Source of the DNA: an uncultured Candidatus Binatia bacterium
GTDB lineage: Bacteria; Desulfobacterota; Binatia; Bin18
DNA: 64,000 nt
Assembly: GCA_965220195.1 (NCBI GenBank)
Contig: CBDCPK010000005.1
Span: 1,347,704 to 1,411,703 of the forward strand
Direction of reading: 5' to 3'
Under the pieces are notes generated by a model. It was not told where the DNA came from and did no database searches. It was given only the letters and a program-made list of their open reading frames with translations. How positions within the stretch are numbered: position 1 is the first letter of the stretch; each line of letters begins with the position of its first letter. Positions 27,250 through 35,984 of the stretch are shown in pieces. Both the position numbers and the translations under genes were made by a program.

Positions 27250-27645
27250 TCAGATCGGTCGCGGCACGCGCGGGACGGGACGTTGCGACCCGCCCGACGG
27301 CGGGGTTTGGGGGGGAGTTTCTTCGCCCTCGCCCACCCGGAGTTGGTCTTGTGTGCAGAGTCCCTTTTCGATCAGTACCTTTTCCAACGAGGCCAGCCAG
27401 TGTTCATAATAGCCGGTCACGGGAGCGTCCGGCTTGTCGGCCTGCGTCTTATCCGCGGCTCCAATTTCTGCAATCAAATGGTCTCGAAACTCGTCCCATT
27501 GATACTGCCCCTGTTCACACAGGGCCACGGCCAGGGCAAAGGCGCGCCGTTCCCAAGCGTCGTGAAAGACCAGCTCGCCGCTCTTCCGCGGCAGAGCCGT
27601 GTCCCCGGCCATATTTGAGATCTTACGATCGGGCGTAGGCTTCAT
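27250..27645 (-). CDS. Nitrile hydratase accessory/activator protein (a beta-subunit homologue, P14K/NhlE-like)
   Basis: ELVFHDAWERRAFALAVALCEQGQYQWDEFRDHLIAEI...YYEHWLASLEKVL mirrors the beta-subunit N-terminal region. It lies directly downstream of the alpha subunit. Confidence 0.6.
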   Translation of the reverse strand: MKPTPDRKISNMAGDTALPRKSGELVFHDAWERRAFALAVALCEQGQYQWDEFRDHLIAEIGAADKTQADKPDAPVTGYYEHWLASLEKVLIEKGLCTQDQLRVGEGEETPPQTPPSGGSQRPVPRVPRPI

Positions 27646-27694
27646 GATGCTGGATGAAAGAATACTTTCCGTTCTCTATCTGCCAGGCGTTTTG

Positions 27695-28360
27695 TCAACG
27701 TAAAGTATTCTTTTCGACCCTGGCGACACCGATCATCGAGTCGCGGCTGACCAGCGCGGTGAGTTCTTCTTCACTCATGCTCTCGGTTCCGGCGGGCCGT
27801 TCGGGCAGGACCATATAGCGGATTTCTGCGCTACTGTCCCAGACCTTCACTGCGGTGGATTCGTCGAGTTCCAGACCAAAGTCCCGCAGCACACCACGCG
27901 GGTCCACCACCGAACGCGAGCGATAGGCCGCATCCTTGAACCAGGCCGGCGGTAGCCCCAGAACCGGCCACGGATAGCAGGAGCACAGAGTGCAGACGAC
28001 CAGGTTATGGGTGTCCGGGGTGTTCTCAACCACTACCATATGTTCGCCCTGGAGGCCGCTGAAGCCGAGTTCCGCAATGGCGGAGGTGGCGTCTTCGAGC
28101 AGGCGCTCTTTATACGCCGGATCGACCCAGGCTCGGGCCACAACCTTGGCCCCGTTGATCGGCCCGAGGTCGCTCTCATACGTTTCGACCAGCTTGTCGA
28201 GCGTTTCCGAAGAGACCAGACCCTTGGCTACCAGTAAGGACTCCAGGGCCCGCACCCGTTGCTCCAGAGCCGCGGTCTGTTCGGGAGAGGTGTGTTTCTC
28301 CAGGTAGGGATTCGGCGGGGCATCGTGGGCGCTATGGCCGTGAGTATGATCGCTACTCAT
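27695..28360 (-). CDS. nthA: Nitrile hydratase alpha subunit (cobalt type)
   Basis: The metal-binding motif is [10 protein letters not shown]. Thr and Tyr at these positions mark Co-type enzymes, whereas Fe-type enzymes have Ser and Thr. An RBS (aaggag) lies upstream. Confidence 0.9.
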   Translation of the reverse strand: MSSDHTHGHSAHDAPPNPYLEKHTSPEQTAALEQRVRALESLLVAKGLVSSETLDKLVETYESDLGPINGAKVVARAWVDPAYKERLLEDATSAIAELGFSGLQGEHMVVVENTPDTHNLVVCTLCSCYPWPVLGLPPAWFKDAAYRSRSVVDPRGVLRDFGLELDESTAVKVWDSSAEIRYMVLPERPAGTESMSEEELTALVSRDSMIGVARVEKNTLR

Positions 28361-28371
28361 GACTCTTCTCC

Positions 28372-29031
28372 TTAGGCGGGGTCAAGATAATCTTCCCACA
28401 GGTCGATATACAGATTGTCTGTTGCGGCGGCGTCCGGGCCCCAGAGTTCCTGGGCGGTAAAGCAGACCGAATACAGTGGCTGTGGCTGTTCGCCCTGGCC
28501 GTGAGCATTGGTATCCGGGTACACAAAGGTGCCGTAGACTTGGGCTATCGTGCCATTTTTCCCCCGGACATAACGGGGCAGCCGGGTGTGCCCGGTTGGA
28601 TTCAGGTTACGGGATCGAACTTGGTCGCCTACCGAGAAACGCGGGGTCAGGCGGCCTTCTGTCCGATGGCAGGGCGCCCCGCCTTGGACAACTGCCGGGA
28701 CCGCTTCCGGTGGAAGCGGTCCTTCCGCTCGCTTACCGGTCTCCTGGGCGACTCCGGTTGCTAATTCCTCTGGGGTGAGAACACCTTTTTCCACGGCCAG
28801 GGTTTCCAGTGCGGCCAGCCAGTGCTCATAATAGGTCGAGGAGAGATAATGGGCGGGGTCCATGCGTTCGATTGCATGCCGGAAGGCGTCGAGCGTGTCG
28901 AGTTGGCCCATGCCGAGCATGGTCATGGCAAACACACGCTTTTCCCACTCGGCATGAAAGATCGGCTCGTTCTCTTCCGGTTTGACCGGGCCGTAGCAGG
29001 TCATACCACCCATATCATGCACACCATTCAT
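28372..29031 (-). CDS. nthB: Nitrile hydratase beta subunit
   Basis: [10 protein letters not shown]... is the canonical beta-subunit start. The start is set at ATG 29031 after the RBS gaggag. The beta-then-alpha order matches Co-type operons. Confidence 0.85.
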   Translation of the reverse strand: MNGVHDMGGMTCYGPVKPEENEPIFHAEWEKRVFAMTMLGMGQLDTLDAFRHAIERMDPAHYLSSTYYEHWLAALETLAVEKGVLTPEELATGVAQETGKRAEGPLPPEAVPAVVQGGAPCHRTEGRLTPRFSVGDQVRSRNLNPTGHTRLPRYVRGKNGTIAQVYGTFVYPDTNAHGQGEQPQPLYSVCFTAQELWGPDAAATDNLYIDLWEDYLDPA

Positions 29032-29113
29032 ACGTTTCTCCTCGGGCTCAATGCGTGGGCACCAGCCTAACACCCGGTCTGGTGAGGGTCAATCAATTGA
29101 GCGCGGTGGAAAC

Positions 29114-29920
29114 TCAGGGTGTAGTTTCCGCTATCCACCTTTGAGCGACTTCCAGATGCGTCGCAAACCAGACTCCCTCATGTTCCAGGATGTGTTGAAT
29201 CAGCCGCTCTAGCATGGCCATGCGCGAGCGGCGGCCAATAATCTGCGGATGCATGACAATGCCGAGAAAGCCGCCGTCCGCATAGGCGCCGTCAAACTCG
29301 GCCTCCCAGATTTCATATACCTTGTTCTGGCTCGACATGCCGGTGAAGTAGGGGGAGAAGCTGAAAAAAAAGTGTGGCGCATCATCCAGCTCCCAGCTAA
29401 AGGGAACTTCCAGGAGCTGACGCTTGGTCTGGGGGGTGGTGAGCCAGTAGGGGTTATCGTCGCCAACCAGGCTGCTGTCATACAGAAAATCGTGGTCGAG
29501 CAATAAGTCAAAGGTATGCGGGCCGGTATTGCCGGCTGGAGAGCGATAGCCCCGTGGCGCCTGGCCGGTAATACGCTTGAGGCTCTCTGTCCCCCTCAGC
29601 AACACCTCCAACTCGGCTTCTCGGCCTTTGTTCGCGACAAACTCGTGCTCATAGCCGTGATGCCCGATCTCATGCCCATCGGCGTACATCTGTTCAACCA
29701 ACTGGGGGTGGGTATCCGCCGACCAGCCCGGCACAAAGAACGTTGCCTTGAGGTCATATTTTTTGAGCAGCTTGAGAATGCGCGGCACCCCGACCCGCGC
29801 CCCATACTCGCCGCGCGAGAGCTGGCCTGGGAAGGGCTGCCGCATGGTGCGGGTCCACAGCGTTTCCGCATCAAAGTCAAAACTCAGGCCAACCGCACAG
29901 CGTTTATTATCCGGCCACAT
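29114..29920 (-). CDS. Polysaccharide deacetylase (NodB-homology, CE4) family protein
   Basis: LSFDFDAETLW...TFFVPGW...HGYEH carries the NodB motifs. Confidence 0.75.
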   Translation of the reverse strand: MWPDNKRCAVGLSFDFDAETLWTRTMRQPFPGQLSRGEYGARVGVPRILKLLKKYDLKATFFVPGWSADTHPQLVEQMYADGHEIGHHGYEHEFVANKGREAELEVLLRGTESLKRITGQAPRGYRSPAGNTGPHTFDLLLDHDFLYDSSLVGDDNPYWLTTPQTKRQLLEVPFSWELDDAPHFFFSFSPYFTGMSSQNKVYEIWEAEFDGAYADGGFLGIVMHPQIIGRRSRMAMLERLIQHILEHEGVWFATHLEVAQRWIAETTP

Positions 29921-30069
29921 GGGACGCTCCTTTGTCGTAACTCAGATCAGTATTCCGTCTGACTGTAAAAGAGCGAGCCCATATTCTCAATGGATACCTC
30001 GCGGAATCTCGGCTAGGCGTTGAAAAACAACAGGTGGCGTTCTAGGCTGAAAGGTCACGGAGAACAAAG

Positions 30070-30687
30070 ATGTCTCAAGTAAGCAAACCAGCCTGGCCGG
30101 GTTGGGCGGAATATTCCATTCCGGTGAAAATCAATGTGCAGGCGGTACAACTGACGGATGAACAGTTCGTGCTTCTGTGTCAAGAGAACCCGGAGTTGCG
30201 GCTTGAACTGACCGCAGAGCACGAGTTGGTGATTATGCCTCCAACAGGATCAAAGACGGGATGGCGGAATAGTAAGCTGACTTACTATCTAGTCGCTTGG
30301 GCTGAAACGGACGGAACCGGTCTGGTATTCGATTCTTCAACCGGATTCATGCTGCCGAATGGCGCAAAACGTTCACCGGGTGTCTCATGGCTGAGACGCG
30401 CCCGCTGGGAGGCTTTGACCGAAGCACAGCAGAACGGCTTTGCCCCGCTGTGTCCCGACTTTGTGGTCGAGCTTCGCTCGCAACAGGATCGTCTCGCCAC
30501 CCTGCAAGAAAAAATGCAGGAGTATCTTGCCACCGGTGCCCAGCTCGGCTGGCTGATTGATCCGCTCGAAAGGCGTGTCCATATCTACCGCCCGAAGCAG
30601 GCCGTTGAGATTCGTGATGATCCGGCTTCACTCGATGGCGAAGCCGTCCTGCCCGGATTCGTCCTGGACGTTCGGGAGTTGTGGTAG
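30070..30687 (+). CDS. Uma2-family (DUF820) putative restriction-endonuclease-like protein
   Basis: It is 205 aa. ...ELRLELTAEHELVIMPPTG...PDFVVEL... shows the PD-(D/E)xK-like Uma2 pattern. Confidence 0.75.
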   Translation: MSQVSKPAWPGWAEYSIPVKINVQAVQLTDEQFVLLCQENPELRLELTAEHELVIMPPTGSKTGWRNSKLTYYLVAWAETDGTGLVFDSSTGFMLPNGAKRSPGVSWLRRARWEALTEAQQNGFAPLCPDFVVELRSQQDRLATLQEKMQEYLATGAQLGWLIDPLERRVHIYRPKQAVEIRDDPASLDGEAVLPGFVLDVRELW

Positions 30688-30788
30688 GTGACAGGAATAT
30701 CATCGGTCGGGGCGGGAAGCGGACGTTTGCCCCAGGGTGCGTTACATCCGGCCTCATCCACACGTGAAGGATTTCCTTTCCCTTTTAT

Positions 30789-30810
30789 ATGATGGTATAC
30801 ATACCATCAT
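30789..30810. promoter_or_regulatory. 10-2-10 inverted repeat ATGATGGTAT-ac-ATACCATCAT, a putative operator
   Basis: The two arms are exact reverse complements around a 2-nt centre. The repeat abuts the ATG at 30811 and is probably bound by the HTH protein encoded two genes downstream. Confidence 0.45.
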
Positions 30811-31125
30811 ATGATTAAGCCGCGAAGAACGCGAGCAAAAGAAATATACCGCTTCAAGGAATCAGTAGAGTCAACAGCGCTCATCATTGAGGTTGCCATT
30901 TTCGAATTCTCCCCGACAAAAGAAAACCCAGATGGGACAGCCTATCGCCTCCAACTCTATGAGCGGGAAAGTGGAGAAACTGTTCTCCGCTATGACTTTG
31001 AACAAGGAAAGGGACACCACAGACACTTACGGGGAAACGAGTTCCCTTATGAATGGCGAGGCGTTGAGCAGCTTCTTTCCGACTTTCGTAGGGACGTTGA
31101 ATTAGTGAAGAAAGGGTACTTATGA
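30811..31125 (+). CDS. Small protein (104 aa), a putative toxin-like partner of the downstream HTH protein (TumE-like?)
   Basis: It is translationally coupled by an ATGA overlap to the next gene. Its sequence is not diagnostic. Confidence 0.45.
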   Translation: MIKPRRTRAKEIYRFKESVESTALIIEVAIFEFSPTKENPDGTAYRLQLYERESGETVLRYDFEQGKGHHRHLRGNEFPYEWRGVEQLLSDFRRDVELVKKGYL

Positions 31126-31511
31126 AGCTAAAACGGATGAAGATTGTCGTGCAGCCAGAGGACGATTTTTTCGATCAGGTTCGCGAGGCATTTTCTACTG
31201 TTGCCAAAGCGTCACGGAAAGGCGAAAAACTCCCACGGTCCACGCCGGTTCTCTCCTTTCCCAGCATTAAGGAGATGGCCCGGACTCTGACGCCGAAACG
31301 GCTTGAACTCCTGAGATTGATCCGGCGAAACGATCCTCAATCAGTGCGCCAATTGGCCACGTTGGCAGGTAGAAACATCAAGAACGTCAGTACGGACCTG
31401 AAAGTGTTGGAGAACCTGGGATTGGTCGAAGCGGAAGAACGGGAGTCACCTCGCCAGCGCAAACGTCCAGTGAGTCCCTTTGATCGGCTAGATATGGAGG
31501 TGTATTTGTAG
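31122..31511 (+). CDS. HTH DNA-binding protein (a putative antitoxin/regulator of the HVO_A0114-like/MarR-like kind)
   Basis: ...RLELLRLIRRNDPQSVRQLATLAGRNIKNVSTDLKVLENLGLVE is a winged-HTH. There is a 4-nt overlap with the upstream gene. Confidence 0.55.
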   Translation: MKLKRMKIVVQPEDDFFDQVREAFSTVAKASRKGEKLPRSTPVLSFPSIKEMARTLTPKRLELLRLIRRNDPQSVRQLATLAGRNIKNVSTDLKVLENLGLVEAEERESPRQRKRPVSPFDRLDMEVYL

Positions 31512-31614
31512 TCTGGCTTCTCCAGAGAGCTCTCTAAGTCGTCGCGCTATAGAGTCAATGACTGAGACTTATGGATAACTAGGGTTATAGAAGCGATAGA
31601 TTGAGAGGACGTCA

Positions 31615-31830
31615 ATGCGGAACGAATTTACCGCGCTGATTGAGCGGGAGAACGACTGGTATATTGCCTACTGTCCCGAAATCCCCGGAGCAAACGGTCA
31701 GGGCCGGACTCCAGCCGAAGCACGAGCAAGCGTAGCCGAGGCTATTGCGTTAATTCTTGAGGATCGCCGGGAGGATGCCCTCCGTGGGCTACCTGCCGAT
31801 GCCATCAGGGAAACGGTGATTGTCGAGTGA
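31615..31830 (+). CDS. HicB-family antitoxin (UPF0150), with no adjacent hicA
   Basis: It is 71 aa. ...ERENDWYIAYCPEIPGANGQGRTPAEARASVAEAIAL is the HicB N-domain. No HicA-sized ORF flanks it. Confidence 0.65.
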   Translation: MRNEFTALIERENDWYIAYCPEIPGANGQGRTPAEARASVAEAIALILEDRREDALRGLPADAIRETVIVE

Positions 31831-31891
31831 AGCGGAACACTCTTCTTCAGCGGTAAGCCGAACACATACCCAACGCTCTCAAGGTAGTTGT

Positions 31892-32686
31892 ATGACCACA
31901 TTTTTCGACGGACCGAAACCCAGACTGTTTGCACACCGGGGCGCGAGCGGGGAAGCGCCCGAGAATACCATGGCTGCGTTTCAGCGGGCTGTGGATGCAG
32001 GTGTTGAGTATATTGAGCTGGATGTCCATGCGTCTGAGGATGGGCAGGTCATGGTTATCCATGACGCGACCATCGAGCGGACGACCAATGGTCTGGGCGC
32101 GGTGCAGAACTACTCCCTTGCTGCTCTGCAACAGCTTGACGCGGGCTATCGGTTTTCGCCGGATGAGGGCAAGACGCTCCCTTTCCGCGCGTCGGATGTG
32201 ATTATTCCCTCGCTCCAGGAGGTGCTGGAGAGCTTTCCGCAGGTCAAGTTTACGGTTGAGATCAAGCCATCCGACCCGCCCATTGAAGAACCGGTGATTG
32301 CGGTTATCAAAGACTGCGGCAAGGCGGATGACGTTATCATTGCGTCGGAACATGACGCGGTGCTGGCGCGCGTGCGAACCCTGGCCCCAGGTATCCCGAC
32401 GAATTTTGGCTATAACGAAGTGGTCGATTTTATCCAGCGCGTTGCAACAAACCAGCTAGACGACTATCAACCGCCCGGTCGGGCGCTTCAGATTCCACCC
32501 ACCTATCAGGGTATCCCGTTAGTGACGGAACAAACAATTGCCGCCGCGCACCAGCTCGGTATAGAAATCCAGGTGTGGACGATCAATGAGCCGCCCGAGA
32601 TGCGCCGTTTACTCGACCTCGGAGTGGATGGGGTGATGTCGGACTTTCCGGCGCGTTTGTTGGAAGTGGCGCGGGAGAGAGGGTAA
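31892..32686 (+). CDS. Glycerophosphodiester phosphodiesterase
   Basis: FAHRGASGEAPENTMAAF...IELDVHASEDGQVMVIHD carries the GDPD catalytic His and Glu motifs. Confidence 0.8.
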   Translation: MTTFFDGPKPRLFAHRGASGEAPENTMAAFQRAVDAGVEYIELDVHASEDGQVMVIHDATIERTTNGLGAVQNYSLAALQQLDAGYRFSPDEGKTLPFRASDVIIPSLQEVLESFPQVKFTVEIKPSDPPIEEPVIAVIKDCGKADDVIIASEHDAVLARVRTLAPGIPTNFGYNEVVDFIQRVATNQLDDYQPPGRALQIPPTYQGIPLVTEQTIAAAHQLGIEIQVWTINEPPEMRRLLDLGVDGVMSDFPARLLEVARERG

Positions 32687-32855
32687 GGAGGGTCAAGCGA
32701 CCTCCTTCCTCTTCTCATATTCTCATAGAAGAAGTTAGGTTCATGGGGGGCGGACCGGATTTCTGTATCTTGAGGAATGAGTAAGCATCATTAAAAAAGA
32801 ATGTTTACAACGTCGTCGTTTCCCTGGATGAGTCTCAATACTTGATCGGGTAGGA

Positions 32856-35800
32856 GTGAGAAAGACGTTTATGCAATGGGATGGGGAAAAATTGCAACCT
32901 GGAATGCGGGTCCGATTAGTCAACAATTGGTCGCGGATCGGTGAACTGACGGAAGCGGAGCCTCGAATGAGAAATGGACGACGTCTGTTCCAGGTCCGTT
33001 TCCCCGATATCGTTGAGCGTGTTTATGAAGACCAACTACAACTACAACCCCAGGAGCGGATGAACCCGCTTGATTTACTTGAGAATGGGAAGTTAGGAAC
33101 GCCTAATGATCTGCGGAGAACTTTGACCCATGTCCGCCTTACGGGGCGATTAGCGGACATCATATACAGCATGGAAGCGACGAACACTGATTTCTATGCT
33201 TATCAATTTAAGCCCGTCCTTAAGCTCCTTCAGACTCCGACTAACGGCCTTCTGATAGCAGACGAGGTCGGACTCGGCAAAACTATTGAGGCTGGCTTGA
33301 TATGGACCGAGCTAAGAAGTCGCTTTAATTTGAACAGGCTCGTTGTGCTGTGCCCAGCAGCGTTGCGAGAGAAATGGAGGGATGAACTCGCTGGGAAAAT
33401 GGGCCTCTCTCCTGTCATCTGCGATACAAAGGAAACTCTAAGGAAGCTTAGGAGCAGTGAAGATCAAGCTAAAGGATTCGTGATTATCGCGAGTATGCAG
33501 GGGCTACGTCCACCCCGCCGCTGGAATGACACCGATGAAGCAGAATCGGACGCCGCCGAATTGGCACGATTTCTCAGGTCTATGGAAGACGAGGAACGGC
33601 TAGTGGACCTGCTTGTGATCGACGAAGCCCATCATATGCGTAACCCAGAAACTCAAACCAATCATCTTGGGCAGTTGATACGCAACGTTTCCGAATACCT
33701 CGTTTTGCTCACAGCTACACCAATTCACAATCACAATCACGACATCTTTTCCCTACTCCATCTTCTTGACCCTGACACATTTGAACGACAGGAGGATTGT
33801 ATTGAGATTCTGGATGCTAATAAGCCGTTGGTCCGTGCGCGAGACCTTGTACTCAAAGGAGAGGCTGGAGCACAAGAATTGATATCCCTTCTACGGGAGG
33901 CTGAGAGGAACCGTATCTTGGATGGCAACCGACAACTTGAAATTCTGTTGGAGGGAATCACCGACGAGAAGCTGCACTCCCTCCCGGAGCGGAGCCGGAT
34001 AGCCTATCGTCTTGAGACCATCAATCTGCTGGGACACGTCGTAACCCGTACTCGGAAGCGGGATATCCAGGAATGGCGTATTGTTCGCGACCCACAGCCC
34101 GAATTCGTCCCTATGACAAATGTGGAACAGGAGTTCTACAGGGCTGTGACGGATATTGTGATTGACTACTGTCTGGAACGTGATCTCAACGAAGCGTTCC
34201 TTCTTGTAATACCTCAACGTCAGATGGCGAGTTGTATGCCGGCTGCTCTGAATACATGGAAGAAACGGCGGGTAGAAATTACCGAAGATCAGTTTTTATG
34301 GGCGGATAGAGATGACCATCGCAAGAAACTCGGTCCACTGACGGAGAAACTGGTGGATTGTTCAGATAATATTGCCAGCTTTGATGAACTTGTTTCGAAT
34401 GACAGTAAATATAAGCGATTGAGCGAGGTCCTACGAGAATTTTTCACCTCTCATCCAAAAGCCAAAGTCATCGTCTTCTCTACGTTTCGAGGCACACTTG
34501 CGTACCTTCAAGGTCGCCTTGACGAGGAAGGTATTTCGAGCATCATCCTCCAGGGCGGAGGGGACAGAACGAAGGATGATATCATTCGTGAATTCAGAGC
34601 ACCTGACGGTCCTCCCGTACTTTTATCGTCCGAAGTAGGTAGCGAAGGCGTTGATCTCCAGTTCTCTTGGGTCGTGATTAACTACGATCTCCCGTGGAAT
34701 CCAATGCGTGTCGAACAGCGAATAGGGCGGATAGATCGTATCGGCCAGAAAGCGGACAAGGTTCTGATCTGGAATCTCTTTTATAACGAAACCGTAGACG
34801 CCAGAATCTATAAGCGTCTATACGACAAGCTGGATTTGTGCCGTAATGCACTCGGGGATTTTGAGGAAATTCTTGGTGAGGAAGTGAAGAAACTTACACA
34901 TGATCTCCTCACTAGTCATCTAACGTCCGAGGAACAGGAAGATCGAATCGCCCAAACGGCTCAGGCACTAGAGACAAAAAAACAGGAAGAAGAGCGCCTG
35001 GAATCGGAAGCGGTACATCTAACAGCATATGGCGACTATATTCTCCGGCAGGTTCAGGCGGCTAAGGAGACGAATCGCTGGATCAACGGAAATGATCTGT
35101 TCTCCTATGTTACTGACTTCATGAACATCCACTATCCTGGCTACCGTTTGTTGAAAACGGATGGAGAAAATTATGAATATCAACTTTCGCTGACCGCTCA
35201 GGCCAAATACGACTTGTCAGAGTTCGTCAGACAAAAACACATGACAGGTCAAACACGATTAACTCAAGTCACATCCACCCCCGTAGTATGTCGGTTTGAA
35301 AATCTTGTGCGGCCTGAAACCCGGACAAGGAAAGAAGTCCTCTCTCAATTCCACCCCTTGGTTCGTTTTATCAGTGAAAAGATTTCTGAAACCGCTGAAC
35401 AAATACGACCAGCGGTAGCCGTAAGGGTAGCAGTACGCGACTTTGACCCACCACTTGACGCTGGAATTTACATCCTGGCAGCTTCTCTCTGGTCTGTTCA
35501 GGGGCTTCGTGATGTTGAGAAGCTTGTCTATGAGGCTGCTCGTTTGGGTCGGCCTAATGAACTCCTCGGAGAGGTCCAAGCGGAACGTATGGCTAGTGTT
35601 TGCTCCTTCAAAGGAAATCAATGGCTAGAGGTGAGACACGAATGCGACCTGAATCTTACCTCTAAAATTGCCAATGACATCCTTGGTGAGCTTGAGAGCC
35701 GCTTCTTCCAATTTGCCAAGGAGGAAAAAGCTCAAAATGCGGACCGAGCAGACATTCAAGAACGGAACCTTAACAAGTACGTATCGAAACAACGTAAGGC

Positions 35801-35981
35801 TATTCAGCAGACAATAAACAAATTACGAGAGACTGGGCGAACGAAGCTGGTCCCTGCAAATGAAGGACGCTTGCGAGCGCTCGAGGAAAGGTATGAACGC
35901 CAGAAATTAATAATCAATTCGCATCGGAAAGTGACACATCGGAGCGAGGATATTTGTGTTGCCCTAGTGTTGATCGAATAG
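32856..35981 (+). CDS. SNF2-family helicase with a 70-aa N-terminal extension and a 350-aa C-terminal domain of unknown function
   Basis: Motif I is LLIADEVGLGKTIEAG, motif II is DEAHHMRN and motif III is LLTATPIHN. The helicase-C motifs are SEVGSEGVDLQ and EQRIGRIDRIGQ. The C-terminal third is coiled-coil rich and I do not recognise it. Confidence 0.85.
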   Translation: MRKTFMQWDGEKLQPGMRVRLVNNWSRIGELTEAEPRMRNGRRLFQVRFPDIVERVYEDQLQLQPQERMNPLDLLENGKLGTPNDLRRTLTHVRLTGRLADIIYSMEATNTDFYAYQFKPVLKLLQTPTNGLLIADEVGLGKTIEAGLIWTELRSRFNLNRLVVLCPAALREKWRDELAGKMGLSPVICDTKETLRKLRSSEDQAKGFVIIASMQGLRPPRRWNDTDEAESDAAELARFLRSMEDEERLVDLLVIDEAHHMRNPETQTNHLGQLIRNVSEYLVLLTATPIHNHNHDIFSLLHLLDPDTFERQEDCIEILDANKPLVRARDLVLKGEAGAQELISLLREAERNRILDGNRQLEILLEGITDEKLHSLPERSRIAYRLETINLLGHVVTRTRKRDIQEWRIVRDPQPEFVPMTNVEQEFYRAVTDIVIDYCLERDLNEAFLLVIPQRQMASCMPAALNTWKKRRVEITEDQFLWADRDDHRKKLGPLTEKLVDCSDNIASFDELVSNDSKYKRLSEVLREFFTSHPKAKVIVFSTFRGTLAYLQGRLDEEGISSIILQGGGDRTKDDIIREFRAPDGPPVLLSSEVGSEGVDLQFSWVVINYDLPWNPMRVEQRIGRIDRIGQKADKVLIWNLFYNETVDARIYKRLYDKLDLCRNALGDFEEILGEEVKKLTHDLLTSHLTSEEQEDRIAQTAQALETKKQEEERLESEAVHLTAYGDYILRQVQAAKETNRWINGNDLFSYVTDFMNIHYPGYRLLKTDGENYEYQLSLTAQAKYDLSEFVRQKHMTGQTRLTQVTSTPVVCRFENLVRPETRTRKEVLSQFHPLVRFISEKISETAEQIRPAVAVRVAVRDFDPPLDAGIYILAASLWSVQGLRDVEKLVYEAARLGRPNELLGEVQAERMASVCSFKGNQWLEVRHECDLNLTSKIANDILGELESRFFQFAKEEKAQNADRADIQERNLNKYVSKQRKAIQQTINKLRETGRTKLVPANEGRLRALEERYERQKLIINSHRKVTHRSEDICVALVLIE

Positions 35982-35984
35982 GAA

